Below the pieces are notes generated by a model. The model ran no database searches, was not told the DNA's origin, and was given only the letters and a program-made list of their open reading frames with translations. Of a stretch of 64,000 nucleotides of DNA, positions 38,211-47,415 are shown piece by piece. The translations under genes and the position numbers were made by a program. Positions within the stretch are counted from its first letter, which is position 1; every line of letters begins with the position of its first letter. The stretch covers positions 12,684 through 76,683 of the forward strand of contig CAZNZM010000001.1 in NCBI GenBank assembly GCA_964577555.1. The letters run 5' to 3'. The DNA is from an uncultured archaeon (GTDB taxonomy: Archaea > Iainarchaeota > Iainarchaeia > Iainarchaeales > Iainarchaeaceae).

Positions 38211-39286
38211 GCTTTTTGCTCCTCCTTTTCAGCATGGGAAAGTATTAGTGGTGCGTTGAACATTGTGCTGGAAATTACATCTGCAACAAGGCCGAAGAAC
38301 AAGACAACAGAAATTTCGAAGATTACTCCTATTTGGGAAAAATATGCAAGCAAAGCCATTATACCTGTTGCTGTTAACGCTGTCGAACTCATTGTAAGAA
38401 TTGTCAGCAAAGATTCGTTCATTCTTTGTTTTGGGCTTTCTTCTTTTCTTTTTAATACTCTTGAACTCATTACAATTTCTGTGTCAACGCTGTAACCTAT
38501 GAGCATGAGCAATGCTGGAATTGTTGTAAGGGAAACAGGAATTGAAAGCACGGCCATGAATGCCAAAGCGCCTATTATGTTAAACATTGAAGCACCTATG
38601 ACAGTCATGGATGTCAAGAGCTCCCTGAAATAAATGAAAACAACCAATGACAACAAAATTATTCCAAGCAACATTACAAGCAAGCCAGTGCTATAAAATG
38701 TTTGGCTGAGCGTGGGACCTATTACTGTTTTTTGCATTTTTATGTCTTTGTCAAGCCCGTAAGTTTCGGAAATTAGTTTTTGCATTTTGATTTCAAATTG
38801 TTCTTCGGCTTTTATTAAAGCTTCTTCTGCGGCAGCTATTGTTTCTTGTGGCGATTGATTCGGGTTTAATTGGAAGGGAGCGAATTTTGAGAATTCTGCA
38901 ATTGACTGTTCGGCCAACAAAACCGCGTTGGTTGGATTTGAATCCAAAGAATTTTTTGCTTGTGTTAAAAGCGAATTGGCTTTTGCAAGGTCTTGGTTTT
39001 CAGAGAATTGAATGTAAAGCCCGTAACCTGTAGGAGAAGAAATGGAACCGACCTGCAAGTCTGTCAAATTGAATTCTGATTTGAGTTTTGGCAACAACAA
39101 CTTTGCATCAAGCGGCTTTTCTGCTCTTATTACGATATTGGTTCCTCCTTTAAGGTCTATTCCTTGTTTTATGCCTGGAAAAACGATTATTGCAAATAAA
39201 AACAAAAAAAATAGGGTTGTTGGCAATAGCATATACCTTTTATAGTTCCCTGAATAGAAATTGTTCAAGTCAAATAATTTAGCCAT
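38207..39286 (-). CDS. secF: Protein-export membrane protein SecF
   Basis: 359 aa. TM, a small extracytoplasmic domain and C-terminal 5-TM bundle (SecD/SecF family). Confidence 0.85.
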   Translation of the reverse strand: MAKLFDLNNFYSGNYKRYMLLPTTLFFLFLFAIIVFPGIKQGIDLKGGTNIVIRAEKPLDAKLLLPKLKSEFNLTDLQVGSISSPTGYGLYIQFSENQDLAKANSLLTQAKNSLDSNPTNAVLLAEQSIAEFSKFAPFQLNPNQSPQETIAAAEEALIKAEEQFEIKMQKLISETYGLDKDIKMQKTVIGPTLSQTFYSTGLLVMLLGIILLSLVVFIYFRELLTSMTVIGASMFNIIGALAFMAVLSIPVSLTTIPALLMLIGYSVDTEIVMSSRVLKRKEESPKQRMNESLLTILTMSSTALTATGIMALLAYFSQIGVIFEISVVLFFGLVADVISSTMFNAPLILSHAEKEEQKA

Positions 39287-39311
39287 AATATCCCTTAATG
39301 GTGTTATACAG

Positions 39312-40337
39312 ATGAAAAAGAGTGGAAAACATTTAAATAAAGGTAAGGAAAACTTTGAAACTTATTTTCCTACAACAACCGAATTGATTAGTTCGGCTTA
39401 TGCGGCTGCAAGAAAAGAGTTTGCCTCAAAAAGAAGAGGCAAGGTTCTTGACAGGAAAAAATCTCTTTATGCACTCAAATCAAAAGTTTTTGCTGAGACG
39501 TTAGCTAAAAAAATAAATGCAATGTCAAAACAATTCCCTGAAATCGACAAATTGAACCCTTTTTATATTGATTTGCTTGGCTTGGTTGTGGATGTCCAAG
39601 GATTGAAACAGAAGCTTTCAATGCTCAAAACATCATCAGATATTATAAGAAAAATAAGGTTGGAAGGTGTTTCACGTCAATATGCTGCAAAAAGCGAATA
39701 TGAGCTTAGGAAAGCACAAATTGAAATGGAGGGCAGAATTTGTTCAGTCGTGAAAAGACTTGAAAAGACAATAATTGATTTGAAAATTTATTCAAAAAAA
39801 ATAATTGAAATGCCTTTAATTGACTTTGATGCCAAAACAATTGTTTTGGCTGGCAGTCCTAACGTTGGAAAAAGCACTTTATTGAAAAGGCTTACAGGTG
39901 CAAAACCTGAAATCGCGCCTTATCAATTCACGACCAAAGCTATAAACCTTGGTTATTACGAGCACGATTACGAAAAAATACAAGTATTAGACACGCCTGG
40001 CTTGCTTGAAAGGGAAAACCACAATAACATTGAGAAAAAAGCAATTGTTGCACTGAATCATCTTGCACAAATAATTGTTTTTGTGGCTGATCCTACCGAA
40101 ACCTGCGGAACAAAAATAATAGGACAGTTGAAACTTTTTGAAAAAATTTCCTCGGAATTCTGCGGAAGAAAATTTATTGTAGTGCTGAATAAATGTGACA
40201 TTGCAACTGAAAAGCAAATTTGGGTTGCAAAAAAAGGCTTTGGCATAGTGGAAATAATTGAAGACGGGGAAGGCTTTAATGGAATTGAAAAGCTCAAAAA
40301 AGCGATTGGAAATGCTTTCAACGAGACAACAAGCTAG
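39312..40337 (+). CDS. NOG1-family GTPase (archaeal Nog1/HSR1-like)
   Basis: N-terminal helical NOG1 domain followed by a G domain (GSPNVGKST, DTPG, NKCD). Start taken at the Met at 39312 to avoid overlap with the secF start. Confidence 0.7.
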   Translation: MKKSGKHLNKGKENFETYFPTTTELISSAYAAARKEFASKRRGKVLDRKKSLYALKSKVFAETLAKKINAMSKQFPEIDKLNPFYIDLLGLVVDVQGLKQKLSMLKTSSDIIRKIRLEGVSRQYAAKSEYELRKAQIEMEGRICSVVKRLEKTIIDLKIYSKKIIEMPLIDFDAKTIVLAGSPNVGKSTLLKRLTGAKPEIAPYQFTTKAINLGYYEHDYEKIQVLDTPGLLERENHNNIEKKAIVALNHLAQIIVFVADPTETCGTKIIGQLKLFEKISSEFCGRKFIVVLNKCDIATEKQIWVAKKGFGIVEIIEDGEGFNGIEKLKKAIGNAFNETTS

Positions 40338-40380
40338 AAAAAGTGAGGTACAAAATCCAAACAAAAAAAACGTAAAAAAA

Positions 40381-40407
40381 ACGGGTTTTTTTGAACGGGA
40401 TTTTTTG
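40381..40407 (+). terminator. T-tract direct repeat (ACGGGTTTTTTTG AACGGGATTTTTTG) after the GTPase gene
   Basis: Two oligo-T runs on the coding strand, each preceded by CGGG. Confidence 0.35.
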
Positions 40408-40526
40408 TTAAAACGTTTAAAGACTGGATTAGTTCTATTTATATAATTTGTGAGCCAATATTCATTTTAAGCAACTTGAAATAGTTGCGGTTTTATGGCG
40501 GAATAACTGATTATGGAGGGGTATTT

Positions 40527-40811
40527 ATGGCTTCAAAAATCGAAAACAAGTTGAAAGAGCAAATTGAAACTACGCAAGCTAAAATGGAAGAGATAATGGA
40601 AGATACCGCCGTGCCAAGGAATATTAGAAAGGCTATTGAGGAAGCCATGCAAAAGATTTCATGTGATGGTAATCTTGATGTCAATATTAGTACTGCAATA
40701 TATTTGATGCAGGATATTAGCAATGATATTAACATGCCCGCGCACACCAGAACCGAGATTTGGCAAATAATTTCGGAGCTTGAAGCAATCAGGGAAAAGT
40801 GCAAGGGATAG
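40527..40811 (+). CDS. UPF0147-family small helical protein
   Basis: DTAVPRNIRKA..EA and ISNDINMPAHTRT.IW match the UPF0147 consensus (..D.SVPRNIRR... and ...D.N.P.H.RT.IW). Confidence 0.55.
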   Translation: MASKIENKLKEQIETTQAKMEEIMEDTAVPRNIRKAIEEAMQKISCDGNLDVNISTAIYLMQDISNDINMPAHTRTEIWQIISELEAIREKCKG

Positions 40812-42324
40812 CGTGGAAACAGCAATACAAACAGACAGGAAAACTCTTATTCGGGAAAAATGTTCAGCCCTCGGCAAAATAATTGAAATGGAGGCTGTTG
40901 AATTACTTTCAAAGGAAGAACATTGGGAAAAAATTCTTGAAAAGGACGATTCAAAGTTTATTACTGCAGAAAAAATCAAAGAACTTTTGATAAAGCACGA
41001 ATCGAAAGTAAGCATGGCGGCTCAAGAAGTCATGGTTATTAAAAGCGGGATCAAAAGGCTTGCCCAAGAACATTCTGCAAATTTCAAAATACTTGATGAC
41101 TGGGAAGCAACGCATCAAAGTTCAAGCGAGGGAAAAGTGAAAGATTTTCTCGCTTATTTCAGGGACAAATATGATTTTTTGAGTTCTTTGTTGAAAAACA
41201 GAACGGGTTTTTCTCCAAAATCGATTAACAAAATCAAGGAATTGCAAAGAAACGAGGAAGTTGACATAGTTGGCATGGTTGTAAAAAAGTGGATTAGCAA
41301 AAATGGAAATCTTACAATAGAACTTGACAGCCCGGAAGGCAGGTGCATCGCAATTGTTTCAAAAGACGATGTTTTGCAAAACAACGAAGCAAAAAAAATA
41401 CTTTTAGACGATGTGATTGGAATTAAAGGAAAAAAATTTTCCGACGAAGTTTTAATTGTCAAGTCTTTTGTTTGGCCAGACATTAAACATAAGCCAATTA
41501 AAATGGCTGATATTGATTTGTCTATATGCGTTATTAGCGATATTCATGTAGGCAGCAAACTTTTTATGCAAAAAGAGTTTTCAAAGTTTGTGGGTTGGAT
41601 AAGCGGGGACATTATTTCTGAAAAAGAAGCCATGAGGGCTGGAAAAATAAAGTATTTGATGATTGCAGGAGACAATGTTGATGGAGTAGGAATTTATCCT
41701 GACCAATACGACGAACTTGAGATAAAGGATATTTATGAACAATACAAAAGATTTGCTGAAATAATACAAAGCATACCTGAACACATAGAAATTTTTATAT
41801 GTCCTGGACAGCACGATGCTACCAGAAGGGCGGATCCGCAACCGCCAATATACAAGGAGTATGTTCAAGACCTTTTAAAGCTTGGCAATGTTCATTTAAT
41901 CGGAAGCCCGAGCTGGGTGGAAATCGAAGGTTTGAAATGTGTTGTTTATCATGGAGGTTCATTTCATGATATGTATGCTTCAATGGGAAATTTGAATAAT
42001 ACTGAACCTGAAAAAGCCATGATTGAAATTTTGAGGAGAAGGGATTTTTCAACAGGTTTTGGGTTGAACCAGCCGTACGTGCCTATGCAAAAAGATTTGA
42101 TGGTAATAAGAGATGAACCGGATTTTTACTTTGGCGGAGACATGCATCATAAAGGATATATAAATTACAGGGGCTGTACCTGTATAAATGCGGGTTGTTG
42201 GCAAAGCAGGACAGAGTTTCAAATAAAAGAAGGCCACATTCCAACCCCAGGAATTGCAATTGACATAAATTTGAAAACTAGAAGAATTACTGAAAACAAT
42301 TTTTTGGGTGGTCCAAATGTCTGA
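40780..42324 (+). CDS. dp1: DNA polymerase II (PolD) small subunit DP1 (Mre11-like phosphoesterase); true start possibly the Met at 40888
   Basis: OB-fold region then calcineurin-like phosphoesterase motifs (VISDIHVGS, IAGDNVDG, GQHD, GGDMHH). Confidence 0.88.
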   Translation: MKQSGKSARDSVETAIQTDRKTLIREKCSALGKIIEMEAVELLSKEEHWEKILEKDDSKFITAEKIKELLIKHESKVSMAAQEVMVIKSGIKRLAQEHSANFKILDDWEATHQSSSEGKVKDFLAYFRDKYDFLSSLLKNRTGFSPKSINKIKELQRNEEVDIVGMVVKKWISKNGNLTIELDSPEGRCIAIVSKDDVLQNNEAKKILLDDVIGIKGKKFSDEVLIVKSFVWPDIKHKPIKMADIDLSICVISDIHVGSKLFMQKEFSKFVGWISGDIISEKEAMRAGKIKYLMIAGDNVDGVGIYPDQYDELEIKDIYEQYKRFAEIIQSIPEHIEIFICPGQHDATRRADPQPPIYKEYVQDLLKLGNVHLIGSPSWVEIEGLKCVVYHGGSFHDMYASMGNLNNTEPEKAMIEILRRRDFSTGFGLNQPYVPMQKDLMVIRDEPDFYFGGDMHHKGYINYRGCTCINAGCWQSRTEFQIKEGHIPTPGIAIDINLKTRRITENNFLGGPNV

Positions 42325-45300
42325 AGCTTTGGAAAAGCAGGTAAACAATTATTTTTCCCGCATTTCCAAGAGGGCAATGGAGCAATTTTCAATTGCCAAA
42401 TCAGCCAGAGAAAGGGGCAAGGATGTTTCACTTGAAGTTGAATGTCCTCCAACAGTTGACCTTGCAGACAGGACTGAAAATATTATTGGGCCCCCTGGAA
42501 TTGCAAAAAGATACAGGGAACTTTTTTCAGAGCATAACAAAGACAGAAACGCCACTATTTTTCAGCTCTTCAAGGAAATCATAGAAGGAAAACTTGGTGA
42601 AATACCTGACCCTGAAAAGAGGCTTGAACAAGCGGTTAGAACATCTCTGGTGCTTGTTACCGAAGGAGTTGTTGTTGCACCGCTTGATGGCGTGCCAAAA
42701 GTAAAAATAAGCACCAACCCTGATGGCTCAAAGTATGTTGATATTTACTTTGCAGGCCCTATAAGAGCGGCAGGCGGCACTGCCACGGTTTTCCCGTTGA
42801 TACTTGGGGATTATGCGAGGCAACTCATGCAACTTGACAGATACAAGCCAATAGATGACGAAGTTGAAAGGTATGTTGAAGAAATCAATATTTACGACGA
42901 AATAATCACGCGGCAATACAAGTTGAAAGATGATGAAATAAGAAAAATAATAAGAGGTTGTCCTGTCTGCGTGAATGGCGAACCAACCGAAGACAGAGAA
43001 GTTGTTGCACATCGCGATTTGCAAAGAATACCTTCAAATAGAATCAGAGGCGGAATGTGCCTTGTTATTTCAGAAGGAATTGGATTAAAAGCAATGAAAA
43101 TAATGAAGCTTGCAAAAATGCTTGGATTGAATTGGAATTGGCTTGAATCAATCGCAAAAATAAGCAAAAGCGGTGGAAGTGAAAGCGAAATAAAACCAAA
43201 TTATTCTTATCTTTCAAGAATCGCGGCAGGCCGGCCAATATTTTCATACCCTTCAAGGCTTGGCGGTTTTAGGTTGAGGTATGGCAGAGCCAGAAATACT
43301 TGTGTAATGGCAAAAGGAATACACCCTGCAACAATGGTGTTGCTTGATGGTTTTATTGCTGTTGGAACCCAAATAAAAATAGAAAGACCTGGAAAAAGTG
43401 CGGAAATGTTTCCTGTTGATTCAATTGACGGCCCAATAGTCAAGTTATTCTCCGGCGAAGTGAAAAAAATAAATAATGCAAATGAAGCAGAGCAAATAAA
43501 GGAAAAAGTAAAAGAAATACTTTTTCTAGGAGACATGCTTGTGAATGTAGGCGATTTCAGAAAAACTGCACACCCGCTAATGCCGGCTGGCTACTGCCAC
43601 GAATGGTGGGGCCTTGAAGTGGAAAAAGCGGTTTTTGAAAAAAAAAGCGATGAAAAATGGCTTGAAACAGCAAAAAACTCCAACAATGTAAGCGAAGAAA
43701 TTGCATTAAAAGCATGTGAAGAACTTGGGGTTCCATTGCACCCTGAATACATTCATTATTATTCTGCCCTTTCAATTGAAGAAGCTTGCGAAATAGTAAT
43801 AGCGGTAAGAAGCGGGAGCAAAATTGAAAGCAACGGAAAAATAAACGCACTTGAAATTCAAAACTTGCCTAAAATCAAGGAAGCACTTGAAAAAGCAGGA
43901 ATACCTCATAAAGTCGCAGGAGAAAAAATAATTATAAGCAATAGCGCGCATTCCTTTTTCAAGACTTTTGGAGGCGAAAATTCAAAAGAGCCTGACAAAT
44001 CATTGAACGTACTTGAATTGCTTTCAAACCTTTCAGGAATGAAAATCCGGGACAAAGCTGGAACATTTATAGGCTGCAGAATGGGAAGGCCTGAAGCATC
44101 AAGGCCGAGAAAAATGGTTGGAGACCCAATGGTGCTTTTTCCAATAGGTATTGCAGGAGGAAACACAAGGTCAATAAACAAAGCTGCTGAAACCCAAGGA
44201 ATAATAGAAGCCGAAATAGCTTATTTTATTGATCCTGAAACAGGCAAGATTGAAGAGCAACCATTTTCGCTTACAACCGGAAAAAGGCTTGAGTTAATGA
44301 GAAAATGCAAAAAATGCAACAAATTTTCAAAAATGGAAAAGTGCCCCAATTGCAAATCGGAAACAGAAGCTTTTAATGCAAGAAAATTCAACATTGCCGA
44401 ACTCGTCAGGCAAGCCTCATCAAAGTTGAATGTGCCAACACCTCAATTAATAAAAGGTGTTAAAGGGCTTATAAACGCGGAAAAAATTCCAGAGCCTATA
44501 GAAAAGGGAATTTTGAGGGCAAGGCAAAACTTGCACATATTTAGAGATGGAACAATCAGATTTGAAATGCTCAACGCACCACTCACGCATTTTAAGCCTT
44601 CAGAAATAGGTCTTTCTGTTGAAAAAGCCAAAGAATTGGGTTACTTGTTTGATAAAAACGGCAAGGAACTCGTATCTGAAAACCAAATATGCGAATTGTT
44701 TCCACAAGACATAATAGTAAATGAAACTGCCGGAGACTTTTTTGTAAGAGTGTCAAAATTTCTGGACGAAGAACTTGAAAAATTTTATGGATTGCCAAAA
44801 TACTTTAATTATGATTCAAAAAACCAGTTGATTGGAGAATTATTTCTTGGTCTTGCACCGCATACATCCGCCGGAGTGCTTTGCAGATTGATAGGTTACT
44901 CCAAGGCAAAACTGAATTTTGCCCACCCGTATTTTCATCTTGCAAAAAGAAGAAATGCCGACGGAGACCAGGATTCTGTCATGATGTTGATGGATGCCTT
45001 ATTGAATTTCTCAAAAAACTATTTGCCTTCCACAAGAGGAGGCAGAATGGACGCCCCACTTGTCTTCACAGTCAACATAAATCCTTTGGAAATAGATGAC
45101 GAAGCATACGAAGTTGAAGTATGCTCCAAATACCCTTTAGAATTATATGAAAAAAGCCTTATTCATGCTGATCCAAAAATAGATTCCATACCTATTGTTG
45201 GCGACAGAATAGGAAAACCTGAACAATTTTATGGATTGGAGTATACGCACGAAACCTCAATATTTGATGCCGGACCAAAAGCATCAACATATGTAACATT

Positions 45301-45703
45301 CAAATCAATGGAAGAAAAAATGAAAGCCCAAGCCGCGATACAAGAAAAAATCAGGGCTATTGACAAAAAAGACTCTTTAGAAAGAGTTCTTGTAAGCCAC
45401 TTTCTGCCTGATATAATAGGAAATACAAGGGCTTTCGCAAGACAGGAATTCAGGTGCTCAAAATGCAATACAAAGTATAGAAGAATTCCTCTTGTCGGGA
45501 AATGCACAAAATGCGGAGAAGAAAAACTTATTTTGACAATAGCACAGGGCTCGGTAAGAAAATACATGATAATAGCAAAAGAACTAATAGCAAAACACAA
45601 TTTAAGCAATTACTTAAAGCAAAGAATAGAATTGATAGAAAAAGAAATAGATTCAGTTTTTGCAACGGAAACAAAGCAAAAAAGCCTTTTGCAATTCGTA
45701 TAA
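42308..45703 (+). CDS. dp2: DNA polymerase II (PolD) large subunit DP2, no intein
   Basis: 1131-aa ORF with DP2 signature regions (GCRMGRPEASRPRKM, HTSAGVLCRLIGY, the C-terminal Zn-binding CSKCNTKY..CTKCG). Translationally coupled to dp1. Confidence 0.95.
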   Translation: MVQMSEALEKQVNNYFSRISKRAMEQFSIAKSARERGKDVSLEVECPPTVDLADRTENIIGPPGIAKRYRELFSEHNKDRNATIFQLFKEIIEGKLGEIPDPEKRLEQAVRTSLVLVTEGVVVAPLDGVPKVKISTNPDGSKYVDIYFAGPIRAAGGTATVFPLILGDYARQLMQLDRYKPIDDEVERYVEEINIYDEIITRQYKLKDDEIRKIIRGCPVCVNGEPTEDREVVAHRDLQRIPSNRIRGGMCLVISEGIGLKAMKIMKLAKMLGLNWNWLESIAKISKSGGSESEIKPNYSYLSRIAAGRPIFSYPSRLGGFRLRYGRARNTCVMAKGIHPATMVLLDGFIAVGTQIKIERPGKSAEMFPVDSIDGPIVKLFSGEVKKINNANEAEQIKEKVKEILFLGDMLVNVGDFRKTAHPLMPAGYCHEWWGLEVEKAVFEKKSDEKWLETAKNSNNVSEEIALKACEELGVPLHPEYIHYYSALSIEEACEIVIAVRSGSKIESNGKINALEIQNLPKIKEALEKAGIPHKVAGEKIIISNSAHSFFKTFGGENSKEPDKSLNVLELLSNLSGMKIRDKAGTFIGCRMGRPEASRPRKMVGDPMVLFPIGIAGGNTRSINKAAETQGIIEAEIAYFIDPETGKIEEQPFSLTTGKRLELMRKCKKCNKFSKMEKCPNCKSETEAFNARKFNIAELVRQASSKLNVPTPQLIKGVKGLINAEKIPEPIEKGILRARQNLHIFRDGTIRFEMLNAPLTHFKPSEIGLSVEKAKELGYLFDKNGKELVSENQICELFPQDIIVNETAGDFFVRVSKFLDEELEKFYGLPKYFNYDSKNQLIGELFLGLAPHTSAGVLCRLIGYSKAKLNFAHPYFHLAKRRNADGDQDSVMMLMDALLNFSKNYLPSTRGGRMDAPLVFTVNINPLEIDDEAYEVEVCSKYPLELYEKSLIHADPKIDSIPIVGDRIGKPEQFYGLEYTHETSIFDAGPKASTYVTFKSMEEKMKAQAAIQEKIRAIDKKDSLERVLVSHFLPDIIGNTRAFARQEFRCSKCNTKYRRIPLVGKCTKCGEEKLILTIAQGSVRKYMIIAKELIAKHNLSNYLKQRIELIEKEIDSVFATETKQKSLLQFV

Positions 45704-46021
45704 AAAATAAAATGTCTAAACGGCTCGCCAAAACAAACGACAAAAAAACAGCTTGGCACAAAAAAACTACTTGCAAAAAAAACAAATTCCAATTAAAAAA
45801 ATGACAAAAAAAATAATTGACAAAAAAACTTGGCTAGCAATATCAAAAAAAACAAAAACTAATTATAAAATTAAAAAAAATAAAATTGGCTCACAAAAAA
45901 CAAACAACAAAAAAAAACAAAATTGACCAAAAAAAAAGGCTAGGCAAAAACAACCCAACAAAAAATAAAAAATTCGCTAGAAAAGAACACAAAAAAAACT
46001 AGTCATAAGAAAAGAAAAAAA
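45704..46021 (+). repeat. A-rich low-complexity spacer with GGCTCGCC / TTGGCTAGC / TTGGCTCAC / GGCTAGGC islands (same family as 22805-23400)
   Basis: 318 bp without an ORF between convergent dp2 and a minus-strand gene. The motif aaaCGGCTCGCCaaaacaaacgacaaaaaaa and others recur. Confidence 0.65.
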
Positions 46022-46789
46022 TTAAAGCTTATAAACAAGAAAAAAAACCACAATTATTGCTATTATTGCAATTACAATAACTTTAAAATCGTCGTTCAGC
46101 AAATTTTGTTCGGCGTGTTTGTTGTTGTGCTTTGAATTCCTGTTTGGCAAAAAAAAATCAGTGATTGAACTTATAAAACTTGATATATACTTAAACCATG
46201 TCCTTAAATTGAACATTTCAACATAAGCTTCGCGAAGCAATTCTCGTTTGGTTTTTTCACGCAATGGTGGATTGCCGTCATCAATCAATTCTTTTGTAAC
46301 TGCATTCATTGTTGCAACATAGTTTATTTCATCAAGAGTGTATTCCAATACCCAAAATGGAACAAAAACCAATTCTATTCCAGAAATTATTACATTATTT
46401 TTTGAAGCATTTTTTTCAGCGGAGAGTGCAACCAAAATTATTTTTTTTACATCGCGTTCTGAAATTCTCGGGCTGACAACTTCATATTTGTAGTCATGCG
46501 TTATTTCGGGAGACTTGATTCCGGATTCCAATACAGCCAAGTCGGAAAGTTCATGCGCTATTTCGTTGGTGAAAGCGTTGAAGGCCGAGTGTCCTTTGGC
46601 AATTATTTTGGTTTTTCCTGAAGATTCATCGTATATGTCGTATGAAAAAAAATAATATGGCAGGTACTTTATGTAAACTCTTCCAAATTGGTAATTATTA
46701 TAGCCTTTTGAATCCAATATGCGAGAAACTGTTTCTTCTGCGGTGATTATTTCAACATTTACGGAAAAAGCTGGTTTCTCGAGAAGCAT
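46022..46789 (-). CDS. Hypothetical tail-anchored protein (cytoplasmic domain plus C-terminal TM) co-transcribed downstream of sepF
   Basis: 255-aa ORF with a single C-terminal hydrophobic helix. No family recognised. The 13-bp gap to sepF suggests an operon. Confidence 0.4.
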   Translation of the reverse strand: MLLEKPAFSVNVEIITAEETVSRILDSKGYNNYQFGRVYIKYLPYYFFSYDIYDESSGKTKIIAKGHSAFNAFTNEIAHELSDLAVLESGIKSPEITHDYKYEVVSPRISERDVKKIILVALSAEKNASKNNVIISGIELVFVPFWVLEYTLDEINYVATMNAVTKELIDDGNPPLREKTKRELLREAYVEMFNLRTWFKYISSFISSITDFFLPNRNSKHNNKHAEQNLLNDDFKVIVIAIIAIIVVFFLVYKL

Positions 46790-46802
46790 TTTTTTTCCTC
46801 AA

Positions 46803-47159
46803 TTACTCCCTTCTCTTAATGATTTTTACTCTGCTAGGAGTAACAAGGACTTTTTCTTGGCTTACCCTTGCAATGTCACCGTTTATGCTTTGGACTCCTG
46901 CTTTTATGCTATTCACCAATTCTTTGAGTTTTTGCGCGTTTCTTTTGCTCAAATCAGCAATATTTACTAACACTATGTTGCCTTTTTTTGCTTCTTCAAG
47001 CACCAAATCCCTGTCGGATTCATTGTTAAGTGTTATAGGCTTAACAAAGGCATCAGCGTCTTCGTAAGGATCTTCTTGTTCAGTGTCCATTTTATTCAAA
47101 AATTCTTCTACATCAAACTCATCCTTTTTTCTTCCAATGAGTTTTTCCATGAAAGCCAT
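46803..47159 (-). CDS. sepF: Cell-division protein SepF (DUF552), FtsZ membrane anchor
   Basis: N-terminal amphipathic helix (MAFMEKLIGRK) and SepF core (GNIVLVNIADL...KLKELVNSIKAGVQSINGDIARVSQEKVLVTP). Confidence 0.7.
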   Translation of the reverse strand: MAFMEKLIGRKKDEFDVEEFLNKMDTEQEDPYEDADAFVKPITLNNESDRDLVLEEAKKGNIVLVNIADLSKRNAQKLKELVNSIKAGVQSINGDIARVSQEKVLVTPSRVKIIKRRE

Positions 47160-47180
47160 TCAATAACCACCCCTCCAAAT

Positions 47181-47400
47181 GAAAAAATTCTTATAGAAAT
47201 TTGTATGAAGCCTATTTTAACCTTTTGTTTAAAAGAAAAAATTGAAAAAAATGCTGAAAAAAACTAAAAAAATGCCAAAAATAACGGCTTGAAATCAATT
47301 CGTGTTTTTTTGCCGTGTGAAAAATTAGAAATCCGAACTTAATACCGGAATTGGTTTAATTCCACAACTCAATTTTTTTTTATTAAGTTGCATTTATTTT
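47181..47400. promoter_or_regulatory. AT-rich divergent intergenic region between sepF and orc1: divergent promoters and a candidate replication-origin unwinding element
   Basis: About 220 bp, above 80 % AT, with A/T tracts and a TTCCACAACTC element. Bounded by the two genes' GGAGG/GGGGG ribosome-binding sites. Lies next to orc1/cdc6 and the PolD genes. Confidence 0.3.
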
Positions 47401-47415
47401 GAATAGGGGGTTTTT

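Noticed and set aside
40258-40446. 62-aa + strand ORF overlapping the 3' end of the GTPase gene and its terminator
   Set aside because: Overlaps a supported gene in another frame and the T-tract terminator. Its K-rich translation comes from the poly-A context.
47160-47415. G-rich elements (CCACCCCTCC at 47166 and AGGGGG at 47404) considered as origin recognition boxes
   Set aside because: Each lies 6-8 nt upstream of a start codon (sepF on the minus strand, orc1 on the plus strand) and is best explained as a Shine-Dalgarno sequence. No repeated ORB consensus was found by eye.
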